In this document: positions 12,201 to 24,210 of the stretch, one piece after another
How positions within the stretch are numbered: the stretch's first letter is position 1
Layout of the letters: each line of letters opens with the position of its first letter
Notes under the pieces: generated by a model
Database searches by the model: none
What the model saw: only the letters and a program-made list of their open reading frames with translations
Told to the model about the DNA's origin: nothing
Program-made: the position numbers and the translations under genes
Assembly: GCA_964247055.1 (NCBI GenBank)
Contig: OZ176051.1
Coordinates: 9,486,001-9,550,000 of the forward strand
DNA: 64,000 bases
DNA from: Paragordius varius
Lineage: Eukaryota; Animalia; Nematomorpha
Direction: 5' to 3'

Positions 12201-13191
12201 TCAGATAAACAAGCCAAGCCTAGTTGAAAATCCGACTTATCATTGGGATCCAAATGCTGCGATATGGGAACGGTTACACATCGATATAGCGGGACCAGTT
12301 GACGGGTATTATTGGTTGTTACTGATTGATAGCTCATCCAAATGGGCGGAAGGGTTCATGTTAAAAAGGGTTAATTCGGTAAACATATTGCATAAACTCG
12401 AGGAAACCTTTGCCAGGTTTGGGTTTCCGAGGACGGTTATTAGTGATAATGCTTCTTATTTTAGTAATTCGTACTTCACATCCACTCTAACAAACTTGGG
12501 TATTAAACACGTAAGGGTAACCCCCTATCATCCTAAAAGTAATGGGATGGTAGAAAGGTTAGTGGGGACCCTCAAGGGCAAGTATAGAAAAATCAAAAAT
12601 GATAATATTTCACCACAAGAAGCCTTCAATACTACTCTATGGTCGTATCGTAATTCAATACATGCGACTACAAAAGAAACCCCGTTTCAACTACTCTTCA
12701 AACGAGTATCTCAAACACCCCTCACCTGGATCAACACAAAAGCAACAATCTTAGACGCACCCCGTCCACGCCGTGAATTCTCAATAAACCAACCCGTAAT
12801 GATGAGAAACGAACAAAATGTTGGATGGCGAGCCGGCGATGTTGTTGATAGAACGGGTCTCCTTTCGTACAGTGTGTGGGATCAGGTAAACCAGAAGATT
12901 GTCAGAAAGCATGCAGATCAGTTGAAACACGTAGACCTACCGGCCAACTCAACCGCACCGGTTACTCCAAACAATAGTAATGATAGTAATAAAGACAATA
13001 ACAATAATAATAATGATAGTAGTATTGATAATAATAACAATAGTAATGACAATAATGATGATAAAATAAATGATAATAATAATGAAAGTAGCAATGATAA
13101 CATTAATAATAATAATGACAATATCAATGCAAATCCGCACGAGCGTCGTTACCCCGAGAGAATTCGGCGGAAGCCGGTCCGGTTCTCTTAA
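9262..13191 (+). CDS. Gag-Pol polyprotein, 1309 aa, single frame
   Basis: Twin knuckles CNRCGNSHGPNKC / CNKCGKPHHFAKMC (Mag-type); protease YDTGADISVI; RT KIDLKDAY and YLDD; RNase H TDASD, EKEL, TDHLPL; integrase HHCC, HIDIAGP, SDNAS, NGMVER; Asn-rich tail ending RRYPERIRRKPVRF. Confidence 0.97.
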   Translation: MTTPINLANLCIEKYNDNIKFEEYVEYMTNVMEAKDIPVTEQALKTTLLAYGGLMVVRKINQRLYPKKIKDAEWTEIMATGLKVFNPTKSKFQSRFEFFRLVRNNTESFTQFLERVKIAAEEAKFKDSIEERIRDAFVIGLRQPQLEIDIHSRYPDAEINGQPVPLETIVDLALAHEAARAGLHNNNDNTNYNNGNNLNRLQHTNNNNKAMRSRQPTAKPLTHSCNRCGNSHGPNKCPAWNRNCNKCGKPHHFAKMCRSKNTAKNLFNRQIHRKAMPTSPWTVKIMINNTEQTFIYDTGADISVISFDTWKQVGKPNIRPIPPVKAYNNSIVPLLGVTTVTVQINGQNLGNAECCVLKEKMSKAPLICGLDWITRFNIDIPKVRINFLKLDKIIENFPNLFKEELGCYIEPVTIHIAPNASPKVWPCRRVPFPLRAKVENELLRLQKLDILEPIDPNLTPLTWATPTVNVLKANGEVRICSDFRVTINKWLTEDSHIIPTFDDLVSKIGEGQVFTKIDLKDAYLQMPITKESQDLLTIATHKGFFRYKRMPFGLSTAPIIFQRVMDQVIKDCPGTCAYLDDVLVTGKSEQEHLINLNNVLNRLELAGFRLRKDKIKIGEPSVSYLGFEISNKGISPCKNKVKAINDFKKPVDKKSLRSFLGFLTFHERFIPKLQLIVSDLHSLTSKNVRWNWSEKHENCWKAAKELLSEQVFLTPYNPDRKLVIETDASDIGFGCILSHVVNGERKPIAYGSRKCSTAESNYSTIEKELKAIVFALEKFHNFIYGRKFEILTDHLPLVRLINRDRNLKEIQNAKVLRWVNRLNDYDFELSYQAGPKNRADYLSRCPSDDNVDTIDRDYMVTRYLRFLNCHNVQLSRDEIRRETVKDKILQKVIKAIHNQDWSDVELAGFTNRKGEISYQYGLVSLNDRIIIPESLQSNVVNYLHSGHNNVETMKAMARFTCFWPKLENDLVRRYSECSACQINKPSLVENPTYHWDPNAAIWERLHIDIAGPVDGYYWLLLIDSSSKWAEGFMLKRVNSVNILHKLEETFARFGFPRTVISDNASYFSNSYFTSTLTNLGIKHVRVTPYHPKSNGMVERLVGTLKGKYRKIKNDNISPQEAFNTTLWSYRNSIHATTKETPFQLLFKRVSQTPLTWINTKATILDAPRPRREFSINQPVMMRNEQNVGWRAGDVVDRTGLLSYSVWDQVNQKIVRKHADQLKHVDLPANSTAPVTPNNSNDSNKDNNNNNNDSSIDNNNNSNDNNDDKINDNNNESSNDNINNNNDNINANPHERRYPERIRRKPVRFS

Positions 13192-13202
13192 GGGGGAAGC
13201 GA
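13190..13202 (+). promoter_or_regulatory. Polypurine tract AAGGGGGAAGCGA
   Basis: Overlaps the pol stop codon and abuts the 3' LTR. Confidence 0.85.
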
Positions 13203-13495
13203 TGTTATGCAAATCTGAAAGTTATACTTTATTTTTATAATATTTTTCTGTGTTATATGCAAATGTGAAATACATACTTTGGTTATATATCATAACTTTC
13301 ACCGTTATTTGAATTGTATTATTTTTTATATTTTTTGTGTTATATGTAAATATAGAACCTTTGTTACTTGAAATTTTATTGATATAATGCAAATCATGGA
13401 CAGTTAAAATTGCTATATATACACCTTAAAAAACCAAATAAATAGTTCAGTTCATTTCACATTTCTTTTATTATCTCTTATCTTAAAAGATAAAA
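13203..13495 (+). repeat. 3' LTR (293 bp)
   Basis: Follows the PPT and is bounded by the TSD ATGAC. Confidence 0.95.
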
Positions 13496-14260
13496 ATGAC
13501 ATAATCATTTCTGATTCATTGGCTGAGTTAAAGCGAACGGTAAACAGATGGGTTATTATATAGAATCAATATCGTCTGAAAGTAAACAAAGCAAAACCTG
13601 AATTTATTACTTTTGGGGGTCCACAACATGAAATGGAAGTTGATGATAATTGGGGTCTGAAAGGTAAAGAAAGGTGCAAATATTTGGGGGCAATGTTAAG
13701 TTCATATGGATCGTTGACCGATGATAATAATTTAAGTAAAGTGCAGTTGGGTAAATTGGAAGAAAATTTCAAACGTGTTATGTGATCGAAATATTGATGT
13801 TAGAGTAGGTATACAGTTCAGTTGTTCAAGCCACAATGATGTATAATTCAAAGACCTGGGGGGTTGAAAAATCCGAAGAAAGACATTTTGACGTCACTAA
13901 AATGAAAATGCTTAGAATGATGTGTGTGGTAACGAGAAAGGACAGAATTAGGATTAAATTTATTCGTGAGAGCACAGATGTTAAACCAATAGTGGAAAAA
14001 TGTCAAAAAATAGGCTACGTTGGTTTGGGCGCATTGAAAGGGGAGATTTTAATTATATTGCAAAAATAAAAGATAGTCATATAGTTGTAGGAAAACAAGG
14101 ATGTGCGCGGCCTAAAACAAAATAGATAGACACAAAGAGAGCTAGCAGAATACGAGCAGTTCTATGGCGAGACCGGATACATGACCGTCACGAGTAAAAA
14201 CATGTAATGTAATTATTAAATAAATATTTACTCACCGTAGAAACATTGTATATATTCGAC

Positions 14261-14350
14261 CAGTCGCGGAACTATAAATTTTGCCCCCCCCCCCCCTCAC
14301 TCCAAAAAATCGTTTGCAGTTATCTTTTCACATGGCGCATCATTTAGATT
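14261..14350 (+). repeat. Short dispersed MITE-like repeat (also 52711-52800 and, inverted and diverged, 34530-34640)
   Basis: CAGTCGCGGAACTATAAATT-poly(C)-AAAATCGTTTGCAGTTATCTTTTCACATGGCGCATCA is shared by three loci; the CAGT(G/C)GC start resembles hAT-derived MITE ends. Confidence 0.5.
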
Positions 14351-17199
14351 CGTAAAGAAATATTATATTTAAAAATGATAATATTTACATGACTTGGCAT
14401 CCTGAGTCTAAATTGCGCTCCCGGGATTTTTATATATAATAGTTAATACCCACCCGCCCTCCCTAACCACCGTCAATACCTTAATATTAATGTTCATTTT
14501 GAAGGTTTAAAATAATTAAATATATATTAAAATGTATTAATTGGAAAACATGTTATAACATTTCGTTTTCCGTGAGCAAATTTTCTAATTTATCTTTTTA
14601 TCCATTTGATCCGCCATCCATGTTCTTTTTAAATGCCCAGATTTAATGTTTTTTGTAATAGGTTTTTGAAAAGCAAAGATTTTCTGAATAAGGATTTCTT
14701 TTATATGACCTGGGGGACGATGTAAATTACACGATATCAGAATTTTCTTTATTTCTCTATATTTATATAATACCCATATCGGAATTCTTTGAAATCAAAC
14801 AAGTTAAACCACGTTCCACATTAGTATGACTCAAACTATGCATATCATCTATACTTTTTTTGCTAATCGCTATCGTTTTCTCATTTGTGCTGGAGCCATC
14901 ATGAGGGCTAGGTTCAATAGTATGACTCGAGTTATCCAAATTATCTACACCATTACTGATATCAACTGTTTTTTGTTTCTCGTGTGAGCTAGCATCAAAG
15001 AATACATTTGTCAAAACGGGTTTTAAGAAATCTGTCATTATTTTAATTTTTGATGCTTATTTTTCCTTCGCTCATATTCGTTTTTACTCTTCACCCTAGT
15101 TTGGCACTAAGATACAAAAAAACATTAAGAATTAAATATTTTGTAAGAAATTTTTTTACAACTGGCGATTATTGTGAAAACATGATGCGAATCCTTAAAA
15201 TCTTTTAGTTCAGGGGTCGGCAACCTTTTCTTTTGTGCGGCGCCCAAGTAAATACCATAATAAACCATGATGCTGTAGCTAATATGGGATAATTATATCC
15301 TATTTTACTATGAAGACTTATATCCTAATTCATGTGGACAGCTTGTTTAGTGAAGCTGTCTCTATTTCGCTCGTCTGTATGCTCACATATTCGTTTTTCA
15401 TATAAACACATTGTCAACATATGCGCCAATACGGGCCTACCTAGGAATAGCAGCGGGAAAAGTTTTTAAATACAAACTTAAAAGTTTTTCCTTCGGAATT
15501 CGGATAAATAAATTTTGACAGCTGTTTAATCAGAATAATAAAATATTTTTTATGGTAATATGGCTTTTTGATATTATAATAAAAATGCTACGAACCTGTC
15601 CCAAAAAAGTGGAACTAGAATCGGGCTCCAATCTAATAACGGAGCATGAATCGGTTCCTAAAAGAAACCAGGTTCCGATTCGAAGGCTTAATAAATATTT
15701 CTAAATGTAATTGCATGGAATATGAATTTATATTTGAGAATGGCCCGCTAAAAAAATTGATCTCTGTTTTATTGTGTGGTGAAAGTTTATCGAAAATTTT
15801 ATATTTTATAACAAAAGATAATTTAAAATAACATGCATCAAAGGATAAAAACATTATACAAATGATGCATATCAATGTATACCTGCTATTAAAAGTTGGC
15901 CAATTCACTTCACAGTAAAGTATGTGAAATAACAATCTATAAAATTTAATGAATATCATTCACAATGTGTGCATTGAAACATTTTTAAAATTATTGTTAT
16001 TTCTCATATGAATTGGTACACATTAATGTGAGTTGGCCTGCATTAAAATGCATATTGCATAATCAAAATAAATTAGATTATTAGAGAACATTGTTATAAT
16101 GAATGTTTATCTTTTTCCCCTCCTTTATTTATTCACTATTAGATTGCCAGAAATTAATAATGGATCATCACTAAAATTTAATGGATAGTAAAAAATGCAT
16201 TTTTTGCTCTTTCTTCCTTTGACTCAATAATATTAAAATTTACATGAACCCATTTCCTCACAAAAATTAAATATGTAAATTATCTTTCACTACATCAAAA
16301 AACAAAATATATTTTTACGCTATATGAATATAATATTTTAAATGAGATTTTATTTGTAATTATTTTAATTTAACAGAGGCAAATTACATCTGTCAAAATT
16401 ATGCGAATTCTCATGAAACTATAATTATTAATAACAAAATTAGGACTTGAAAATACATGAGCTTCACTTGGTGTCAATCTATACTCATTTATTTATATTT
16501 AAACTATTTTCATTTTTTAAAGTGTTAACTGAAGATAATTTAAAGTTTTTTATTAATTATAAATTTATAATTACTTATTGAGATAGTAAAAAAATGCATT
16601 TTTTCGCTTTTTCTTCCTTTCATTAAATAATAATTGTCTTTATTATTTGCCAGTATACTTACAAACAGGCAATTACTTACATATCTGTACATGAAAAAAA
16701 GTATTAAATTTTAAGCACCCCCCTCGCAACATAGAAAGAGGGCCCAAATTTAATATAAATAAAAAGGGCCCCTGTTTTGCCTTGGGCCACCCCGCACTGC
16801 TCCCCCTAGCCCGTCGTTTCGCCACTGATTATTACTTTACCGCTATTAAGATCTTGCTATTAACTCACATACTTCCTTTGTGTAGTTAAATTATTTATTT
16901 GGTTTATAAAATTTTATTTATTTTTATCCGCACATTTATTTACTATATTTAATTTAAAGTTAGCCAGGGGTTGTCAATTTTATTTTAATGTGTATCAAAA
17001 TTGCTATAAACAGGGAAGTTCAAACACAAATATCTTCGCGGCTTCTTTGATAATATTTGGTTAAGTTTTTATTAGACCAATTTTGGATTGATAGACCTTC
17101 TATGTTATCGTAAATTTTTGATTGAAATCCAATTATTTATTTTTTTAACATTTATTAGAGCACTTTTGCATACACCCTGCTTTAAAACTTAATTGTAAA

Positions 17200-17750
17200 T
17201 GTTTACATAATGCAGCTAAACTAGCGGAAAATAAATGGTAGGGAATCAAAAGTTGGTAATAACTTTATGAAAAATTCCCAGAGGTAATATTATAACCAGT
17301 TCCACTGCAAAGCATATGTATTTAAACTAATTAGAGAGGGGGAGATCAATCATCACTCCAATAACAACCAAAGACATACATGTAGCAATTTTTGTGGATA
17401 GGAAGCGGTAAACTATCAACTTAGTGTAAACAATGTCACATGATATCTTGTCTCAAACTCGATAGTGTTGTCAAAATGATGTTAATACTATAAAAACACA
17501 TGTTGTAAAGAGAACGACAATAAAGAGAAAAGCAGTTAAATTTGGACGATGACACACTGGATCCTTTGAAAACCAATTAAACAGCCAACTTTGATAAAAA
17601 GACAAAATCTGTTTGATGGGCAACAAATATTCATCAATGAGTAGTTGCTGAAGCTTCAAAATTTAATTGCTTTTGCGAATTCGGGTGGGAAAGTTTTGGG
17701 AATTTTTATATATTTAAATATAATATGGTAAAACGGCAAAAATGGGGATC
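17200..17750 (-). pseudogene. Decayed rhodopsin-type GPCR-like sequence, copy D1
   Basis: Intronless run of hydrophobic segments homologous to D2, with stops and frameshifts. Confidence 0.4.
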
Positions 17751-18804
17751 TAAAAATAATTTATGAATAGCTAAAAGCTTTGAGATAATGGACATCGAAA
17801 TGATAAATGCGATTAAAATTCTGGAAAAAAAATAAAATTTTGCAATTTGCGGATAGCATGACAATAGAGGGAAATTCAACTATATTTTATTGTTTATATT
17901 ATTATAAGCCTAATCCAAAACTTCAAAACTTGAATATAGAACGAGATGGGTATTAAAATTTTGTAACCGAACAAATTGGTTCGAACCCAACAAAATCGAT
18001 GCTATTTAAATAAATTTTCTAATCGAACAACTTCCCAAACAATTAAATGAAATAGCCTAGTACTAATTAATACTAAAATAAATTAGGGATTGTATTCACA
18101 AAGGCTTACATCAGTGGTACTCAACAACAAAATATAAAGGGGCGAAAAAAAATATATTGTCGCAATGGTTAACACACCATGTAATACCGATAAAATTTCA
18201 TAGCTTTTTTGACACATTTGCAGATATTTATACTTAAAATAAACATTTAAAAATATAATAAATTTAAGGAGATTCCCTAGGGTCCCGGTTGGAGTACCTC
18301 TGCTAAAATGATTTTAATTATCCTAACCTAATTTAAAAAAATCATATTTACAAAAGGGCATTGTACGGCAGAACCGTGAAAATGAAACCGATAATACTCT
18401 CGCGTCAATAAATATTTCAGCTCAAAACATAAAATAGATATAAAATTTTAGGGCAAATCTAGAAAACACCTAATAATATATTCTAAAAGTTAAATATTTT
18501 ATTGACTGTGTTATTAAATTATTTTTGGAATATAAAAATTTTGAATTTATTTGATAAATCCAAAAACTTTCGCGGGCCGCAAATTGTTGCAGAAGACCGC
18601 GTGTAGGAGAGTGCTGGAAGATAAATGGACAATAAAAATCGAGATATTAGTGTTGGTTTGGTATGAGGCTTTAATTACCTCTTTAAATCAACGTTTTACT
18701 TATTCAAAGTTGTGGGCCCAAATAAGAATTAATTGCCTAAAATGTTTATTATTTATTTGTGAATATAGTTAATTTTTGTAAATCATCACAAAACGAGATA
18801 AGTA

Positions 18805-21308
18805 TTAGATGTTTTTTCTTATCATTAGTTTCAATTGATTATTAACAAGAGCGATTTGATCACCGGCCGAAAGAAGCAACTTTATACAAGAATTTGCTGT
18901 GCATTTGATCGTGTACGGAGACCGATATTTAGCATACACAGTTATTCTTGTGGAATATTGGTTTGGTAACAGGTGAGGCTTGATTTGGTCCCAGGTGCTT
19001 GCCTCACTATTCCATCCGATATCTAATATATCGATAAAGGGTAATATTACACATTAGTAAAAAACGCATATCATTGACATAAGAGGTTTGTTTATATATT
19101 ACGGGCAAATTATGCGAATGGTTATAATACTTGTATTCATCAATGACTAAAAATCTAATAAAACTCATTTACGATTGTGTGAGTATTTGCATAGTTGTTT
19201 TCACTAATCAGCTAACATATTGTTGTTTGTTAAATTTTAATTTTACGCCAGTAAGTATTAACTAATGCCCAAACTACATTTTCCGAAAATAAAATACATG
19301 CTGAGAATTATAAATAATCTATATAATGTTTTATCTAAATAATAAATAATTTAACAATATAATAAAACTTTGTGTGACATATCGCGTATATATATTCCCT
19401 ATAGTGAACATCAAGTAAAAATATATTTTCGTTTATTTTTATTTGTAAATTATTTTTTTTAATATTAAAGGGTTGGTATCATGTTAAGTTGCATTATATC
19501 ATTAATTTCTTTTATTTTTTTAAAAAAATAAGTACTTTTGGAAGCGGTTTGGCACTCTTGAGCTACCAATTTGATTTCATGTAGAGAATCCGATTTTTTA
19601 GATATATTTTGTCGTATTTGGATATAGCTTTTCTCGAACCACTTAGTATCAATTTATTATTGTCCATGTAAGTTTTAAATTTAGTCAGGTATTCATAAGA
19701 AGGGCCAAGAATCTCAACATCTTTTGAATTCCATTCAAGTGTTGAGAAACTAACTGTATTTTCACACTGATAGTATTTCTGAACACTTTCCGCTATAATA
19801 TATATTATATTAAATTAAGCCTAATTATTTAATAATAACGAGAGGTTATGTAGATTTTTAATTTTTATTAGCAAAAAAATTTATTTAATAAAAAAAACTC
19901 AGCGTTTAATAGACGTTAATAGAGTTTTATGAGAGCACTAATACACAATTGGAATTAACTTGAAAAAAACAATTTTTTTGCAATAGAAAAGATGGGTTAC
20001 AAATATGAATAATATATAATTGTATTAGAAAAAAATTAATAATTAAACTTACTTAAACTTTTAGGCATATATTTAAAGTTTCCAGCTTTGTCCCACGTTC
20101 CTGGATAATAATATATAGTTTAAAGTTATTTTTCTAGTTTATAACAAAAAGGACAATTTCTTAAAGATTGAAAACATTAACACACTCGCCTACCAGGATT
20201 CAGAGTGATGATGGAAAAATTATACATTTAATTATAAATATATATGAAATGTAAAAATAAATAATGAAAACCATCAAATTTAATTATCCATCTTCTATAT
20301 GTATATTGATTCACGAAAAGGACTAAAAACTCATCAGGAATCGCTGTTATATTAGCTTGAATAGAGCCGTTGGATATTTGATAAATTCTACCAGGACTAT
20401 AAAGGTTTAATTCACAAGTTTTGGCTAAATTTGGGTCATTGAACAAATCAGAACAATTTTCCTCAAATATAAATCGTCCATTGGCTCTTGTAATCCGTCA
20501 AAGGGTAGAAAATTTCAAAATAAAGGTTAAGTTCTTTACCTTCTATGTTAATGGTCCAAAGTCCAGCATAATCACATTTACCAGGTATATTAAATATTAA
20601 TTTTGTTTTATTTGACACTTGAAAAGGCATTTCTTTTCCATATTTGGTAGTTATTTGAATGGTAGGGGGTGTTTTTGAATTTTTAAGAGGTTGCCAAAAC
20701 TGAGCTATATCGATTTCATACTTTTTGATCATATTTGGTGATACTATGCCCCCTGTAGTTACTATAAATCGAAACATTACATTGCTATTAGATATAGAAA
20801 ATATATAAAACAAAATTATTGATATTGATAAATTAGGCAAAAAACGCAACATAGTGTATAAGGATAACACATAATTGTTATATTGTTATTTAATGATATT
20901 TAGCGAAAAGCGGGAATCACAAAATATATGTATCTTTAGCCTATGAATCATACGTAAAAAATTAACACTTGCACAATGTAAGAGTATTATAATATTAAAT
21001 TTATTACCTTGAAGAGAAATATTTCCATGCCTTATTGTCACACCATTTTTCAAAACGGAATAAGGGCCATCAACTAAATTCAATTTAGGCGCTATCTCCT
21101 GATCAAGAAATTGTGAATAATTAACATTAGGGTAGTAAAATGTTCCAAACGCAAAATTGACAGTTATGTTAGCTCGACCTTGATACGCATCAAGAAGTTG
21201 ATTATAATATTCTTAACCAAATGAAACCCAAATATCATTGGGATTTGGTTGCTCCTGAGCTAATGTACTGTAGAACCCAAATAGGAAGAAAATTGGTAGA
21301 AAAATCAT
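18805..21308 (-). pseudogene. Copy A2 of the secreted-protein gene (disrupted)
   Basis: Co-linear with A1. TAA replaces Gln32 (21215-21213); 2-nt deletion in exon 2 (~20483); 1-nt loss in an exon-4 homopolymer (~19575-19590); 2-nt deletion in exon 5 (~19045). Confidence 0.8.
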
Positions 21309-22999
21309 TTCAAAAAATTTAATAGCTTTGATATAATTATTGGAGGTCTTATATAGAAATGCTTTAAAATAAAAATGGGCCCTACACTATTAAAGAGATA
21401 AAGCAAATATTATTAAAATTTGGCAATGTATAATGATATTGCAGGCTACAAAATAAATATTTTTAAAAATATTTTGGACCAAAGCCTAATTTTTATGTAT
21501 TTCGACAAAAACATTATGTAAAACCCGTGCCTAATACGTTAGTTTTGTAAAATGTCAATATTTGCATTAAACCAAAACAACTTAACCGACAGTTATTACT
21601 GTAAAAACATAAATTTAAATAATGTATTTGATCTGGCTAAGTTTACAATCTTAAATCTGGTTTAAACACGATCGCCAATTTTAAATTATATAACTCAAAG
21701 TTTGTATTATAGTTAATTTATTATATATAAAAAAGGAATTAACTGTATAATTTTAAGTGATTTTAAGAGCATAAAACGGAATCATTTAGAAGGTTCACGA
21801 CAAAATAATTAATTTTGCGAAAAGAAAATATAGGGATGCACTGGTAGTTTTTCATTAAAACAACTATATCTTTATTTTTATGAAATACCAATGAAATACC
21901 CAAAATTTACCTATATGTCGTATAAATTAATAGCTTTTAACAAATATTTTAAATTACCTACTTAAAAAAGTTTTTAAGCCAACCCACAATTTAGTTACAA
22001 TTTGGAATGTTTTCAACTTTAAGCGATTATAATTTAAGAAATTAGGAACTTATATATATAATTCGGCATATTACCTGATGATCAACATGAGCATATATAA
22101 ATCAATGAAAATCCCATTTTAAGTCTAAATAGAATTATACCATTTAGTCCAATTCAACACTTTTCCAACTAAACGCACATTTTATCAAGTAAAGACAGCA
22201 TCGTAACTTCTAAACGTAACATTATTTGTAGTTAAAAATTTTATTAAAGACCTGAAATTCAGCTAACCATATAAAATCTAAAAGAATTCGTAATTTAATT
22301 TATATAATAAAAAAATTGTCTTTAAATGCAAAAATAATGTTGCGAAATGAAAATTTTGTCTTGCTTGAAAAATTTTATGGATAAAAATTGTGGCGGGAGC
22401 TTGATAAAATGTTGCGATTGTTATGACAATGTTGATTTTTACCTAATAGTTAACCTGGTAATTATTTAATTTTTATGATAATGATTACATATTCATTTTC
22501 TTAGTCTAATGCAGCTTAATTAATGTAAACTATAGAATGTGATTTTTTAAAATACTAGTGTAAATCTCGTGCTGCTACGCGGGCTATTTGAAAAAAGGGA
22601 CAATAAAATGATTCACATATGTGGATTATTTCGAAACATTATTTAATAGCTATGATCTCATAGGAATTTTAAAACAGTGCATTCATACTAATATATTGTT
22701 TACTTGGGCGAAAAATAAAAAATGATTTTTGTGGACTTAATTTTTTTCAAAAAAATGGCATTTTACGGGGGGAGGGGTAAAAAGAGGGCCTAAATTAAAA
22801 AAGCCAGCCGACTATGTTCGGCGCAATCGAAAATAAGTAACAAAAATCATATTTGAAAGAGAATGATACACAGTCTTTCCGAACCAGAAGATTTTATGAA
22901 ATATTTATCTACGATGAATGTTATTTTTTTATAACAATAATTTTACAAGTTAAAAAACATTTTTTGTTAAATTTTATTTTTATCACTCGCGACACCATA

Positions 23000-23250
23000 A
23001 ATTTACTGGGCAAAAAATTTAGATTGTTGGAGAAATTATTTGATTTTGTAAAAATATGTTTAATTATTGGAAACACTAAAATATTATTGGGCAATATAAT
23101 TCGATTGTTAATAAAATTATTTCATTGTTGAAAATATATGTTTGAATGTAAACACTAAAAGGTTATTGGGCATTCTAGAAAATATATGTTTAATTGTTAA
23201 AAATACTAAAGAATTATTTGGCAAATTATTTTGATTAATAAAAAAAAATT
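23000..23250. repeat. Degenerate minisatellite (about 3 units of ATATGTTTAATT..ACACTAAAA..TTATTGGGCA); inverted copy ~45310-45560
   Basis: The recurrent motif is visible directly. Confidence 0.5.
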
Positions 23251-23399
23251 TGATTGTTGTTTTATAGTGTTTAATAGTGTAAATTTATGTGTAAGAGGCG
23301 CATCACAAACGGTCGTATTAATACATAAGTAACACAAAAATAAAATTAATCATATAATAAAATATTTCACCTCGATTAAAAGGTAGTCTAATATGTGAT

Positions 23400-23693
23400 C
23401 ACTATGATTAACCTAATTCAGAAGTATCTAACAAGGCCGCATGTCCCTTCCAAAATATTTATGGAGTTAATTTTAATTACATTTTAAGAGATCTAAGCAT
23501 AAGCGATTTTCTTAAAAAAATCTTCTCAAAAATTTGGCATGATCTAGCTAAAATTGTTAAAATAAACAGTGATTTGTGCACTCTTATGTTTTAAATTCAA
23601 TAAACTTTTTATTAATGCCCATATATTTTGTTCGGCCCGTCAAATCTTTGATGCAAGCATGCCGTCCGCGAAGCTATTTGTATTTCACCCCTG
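23400..23693 (-). mobile_element. hAT/Charlie-like MITE remnant (inverted copy from 44865)
   Basis: Terminus CAGGGGTGAAATAC with downstream GGGCCG; related CAGGGGTCGGCAACCT termini occur at ~15211 and ~53626. The opposite TIR and TSD were not found. Confidence 0.35.
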
Positions 23694-23769
23694 CCCTAGA
23701 TATACTACATAGTTGCAATCAAATTATATAATTTGCTTTTAATAGTAATTACTACAGGTATTATTTAGT

Positions 23770-24210
23770 TAATTACCTTTTGAAAAAATTTGTATATTAT
23801 CGTAAGTAAATTTCCATAAGCTAAATTGACAGTTATTTTAGCTACTGAATTTCTAGTTAATCTTTCTTTCTTGGCATTATGTCTATATATCTTAAAATTT
23901 ACCTGAATTCAATAACATATTCAGTAGGAGTAAGTGGTAGTTTAGAGCATTCAATTAAATATACAGTTGAGATAAATAATTATTAAATTTGGCAACCTAC
24001 TAAAAATATATTATTAAATAATGGACCAAAGCTTAAATTTTCTATATATCTAGGTTGACAAAAATATTTCGGGTCTAAGTTTGGTAAAAAAATTCCAATT
24101 TTTGCCTTAAACGAAAACAACTTGTTTGAACTGTAACAAACGGAAATACTAAATAAATATTATTTTTCGTGGCTAAACTTACAAAACAATTCTGGTCAAA
24201 CACGATCTAA
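23770..24210 (-). pseudogene. Old, strongly diverged 5' fragment (upstream region plus exon 1) of the same secreted-protein family
   Basis: The minus strand encodes ..VAKITVNLAYGNL.. versus RANITVNFAFGTF in A1, and PTEYVIEF versus PDDILVSF. Upstream GGCTAAACTTACAA..TCTGGTCAAACACGATC (24171-24207) matches 2962-3000. Stops and frameshifts are present. Confidence 0.55.

Larger units (their letters stand above)
8903..13495 (+). mobile_element. Full-length Ty3/gypsy LTR retrotransposon, Mag-like clade (4593 bp)
   Basis: Two 293-bp LTRs, 5-bp TSD ATGAC (8898-8902, 13496-13500), PBS, PPT and one uninterrupted gag-pol ORF in the order PR-RT-RH-IN. Confidence 0.97.
8740..14200 (+). mobile_element. 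5'-truncated decayed RTE LINE, split by the gypsy insertion (8740-8902 and 13496-14200)
   Basis: EPFSIKHVYQGSSLSP..LF (equivalent to HQGSALSPLLF), the YADD region at the insertion point, CKYLG, and MYNSKTWG..KMKMLRMMCVVTRKDRIR..LRWFG typical of RTE ORF C-termini. Confidence 0.8.
1..16620 (+). repeat. Segmental duplication: direct copy of ~37239-55610
   Basis: Same order of A gene, RTE relic, synaptotagmin-like gene, RTE relic and downstream block. Differences: gypsy insertion here; extra 41716-42250, 43825-49057 and 54651-55231 there. Confidence 0.92.

Noticed and set aside
12970-13135. Asn-rich integrase tail as a novel domain
   Set aside because: Low-complexity (AAT)n-derived linker before the usual basic terminal motif; expected in AT-rich genomes.
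9219-13212. Minus-strand ORFs overlapping gag-pol (9219-9443, 9453-9740, 9737-10039, 10503-10736, 12137-12337, 12918-13127, 12949-13212)
   Set aside because: Antisense shadows of the long ORF; the poly-Ile/Leu ones are simply the reverse of the (AAT)n Asn tract.
17978-17988. GGTTCGAACCC B-box-like hairpin (also ~28525 and ~36515)
   Set aside because: No A-box at suitable spacing and no cloverleaf; not called as tRNA or SINE.
21213-21215. Stop-codon reassignment (TAA=Gln or TGA=Trp) to rescue A2, A3 and the GPCR-like relics
   Set aside because: The 1309-aa gag-pol and the CHS exons contain no internal stops and end at standard stops, and the same copies also have frameshifts.
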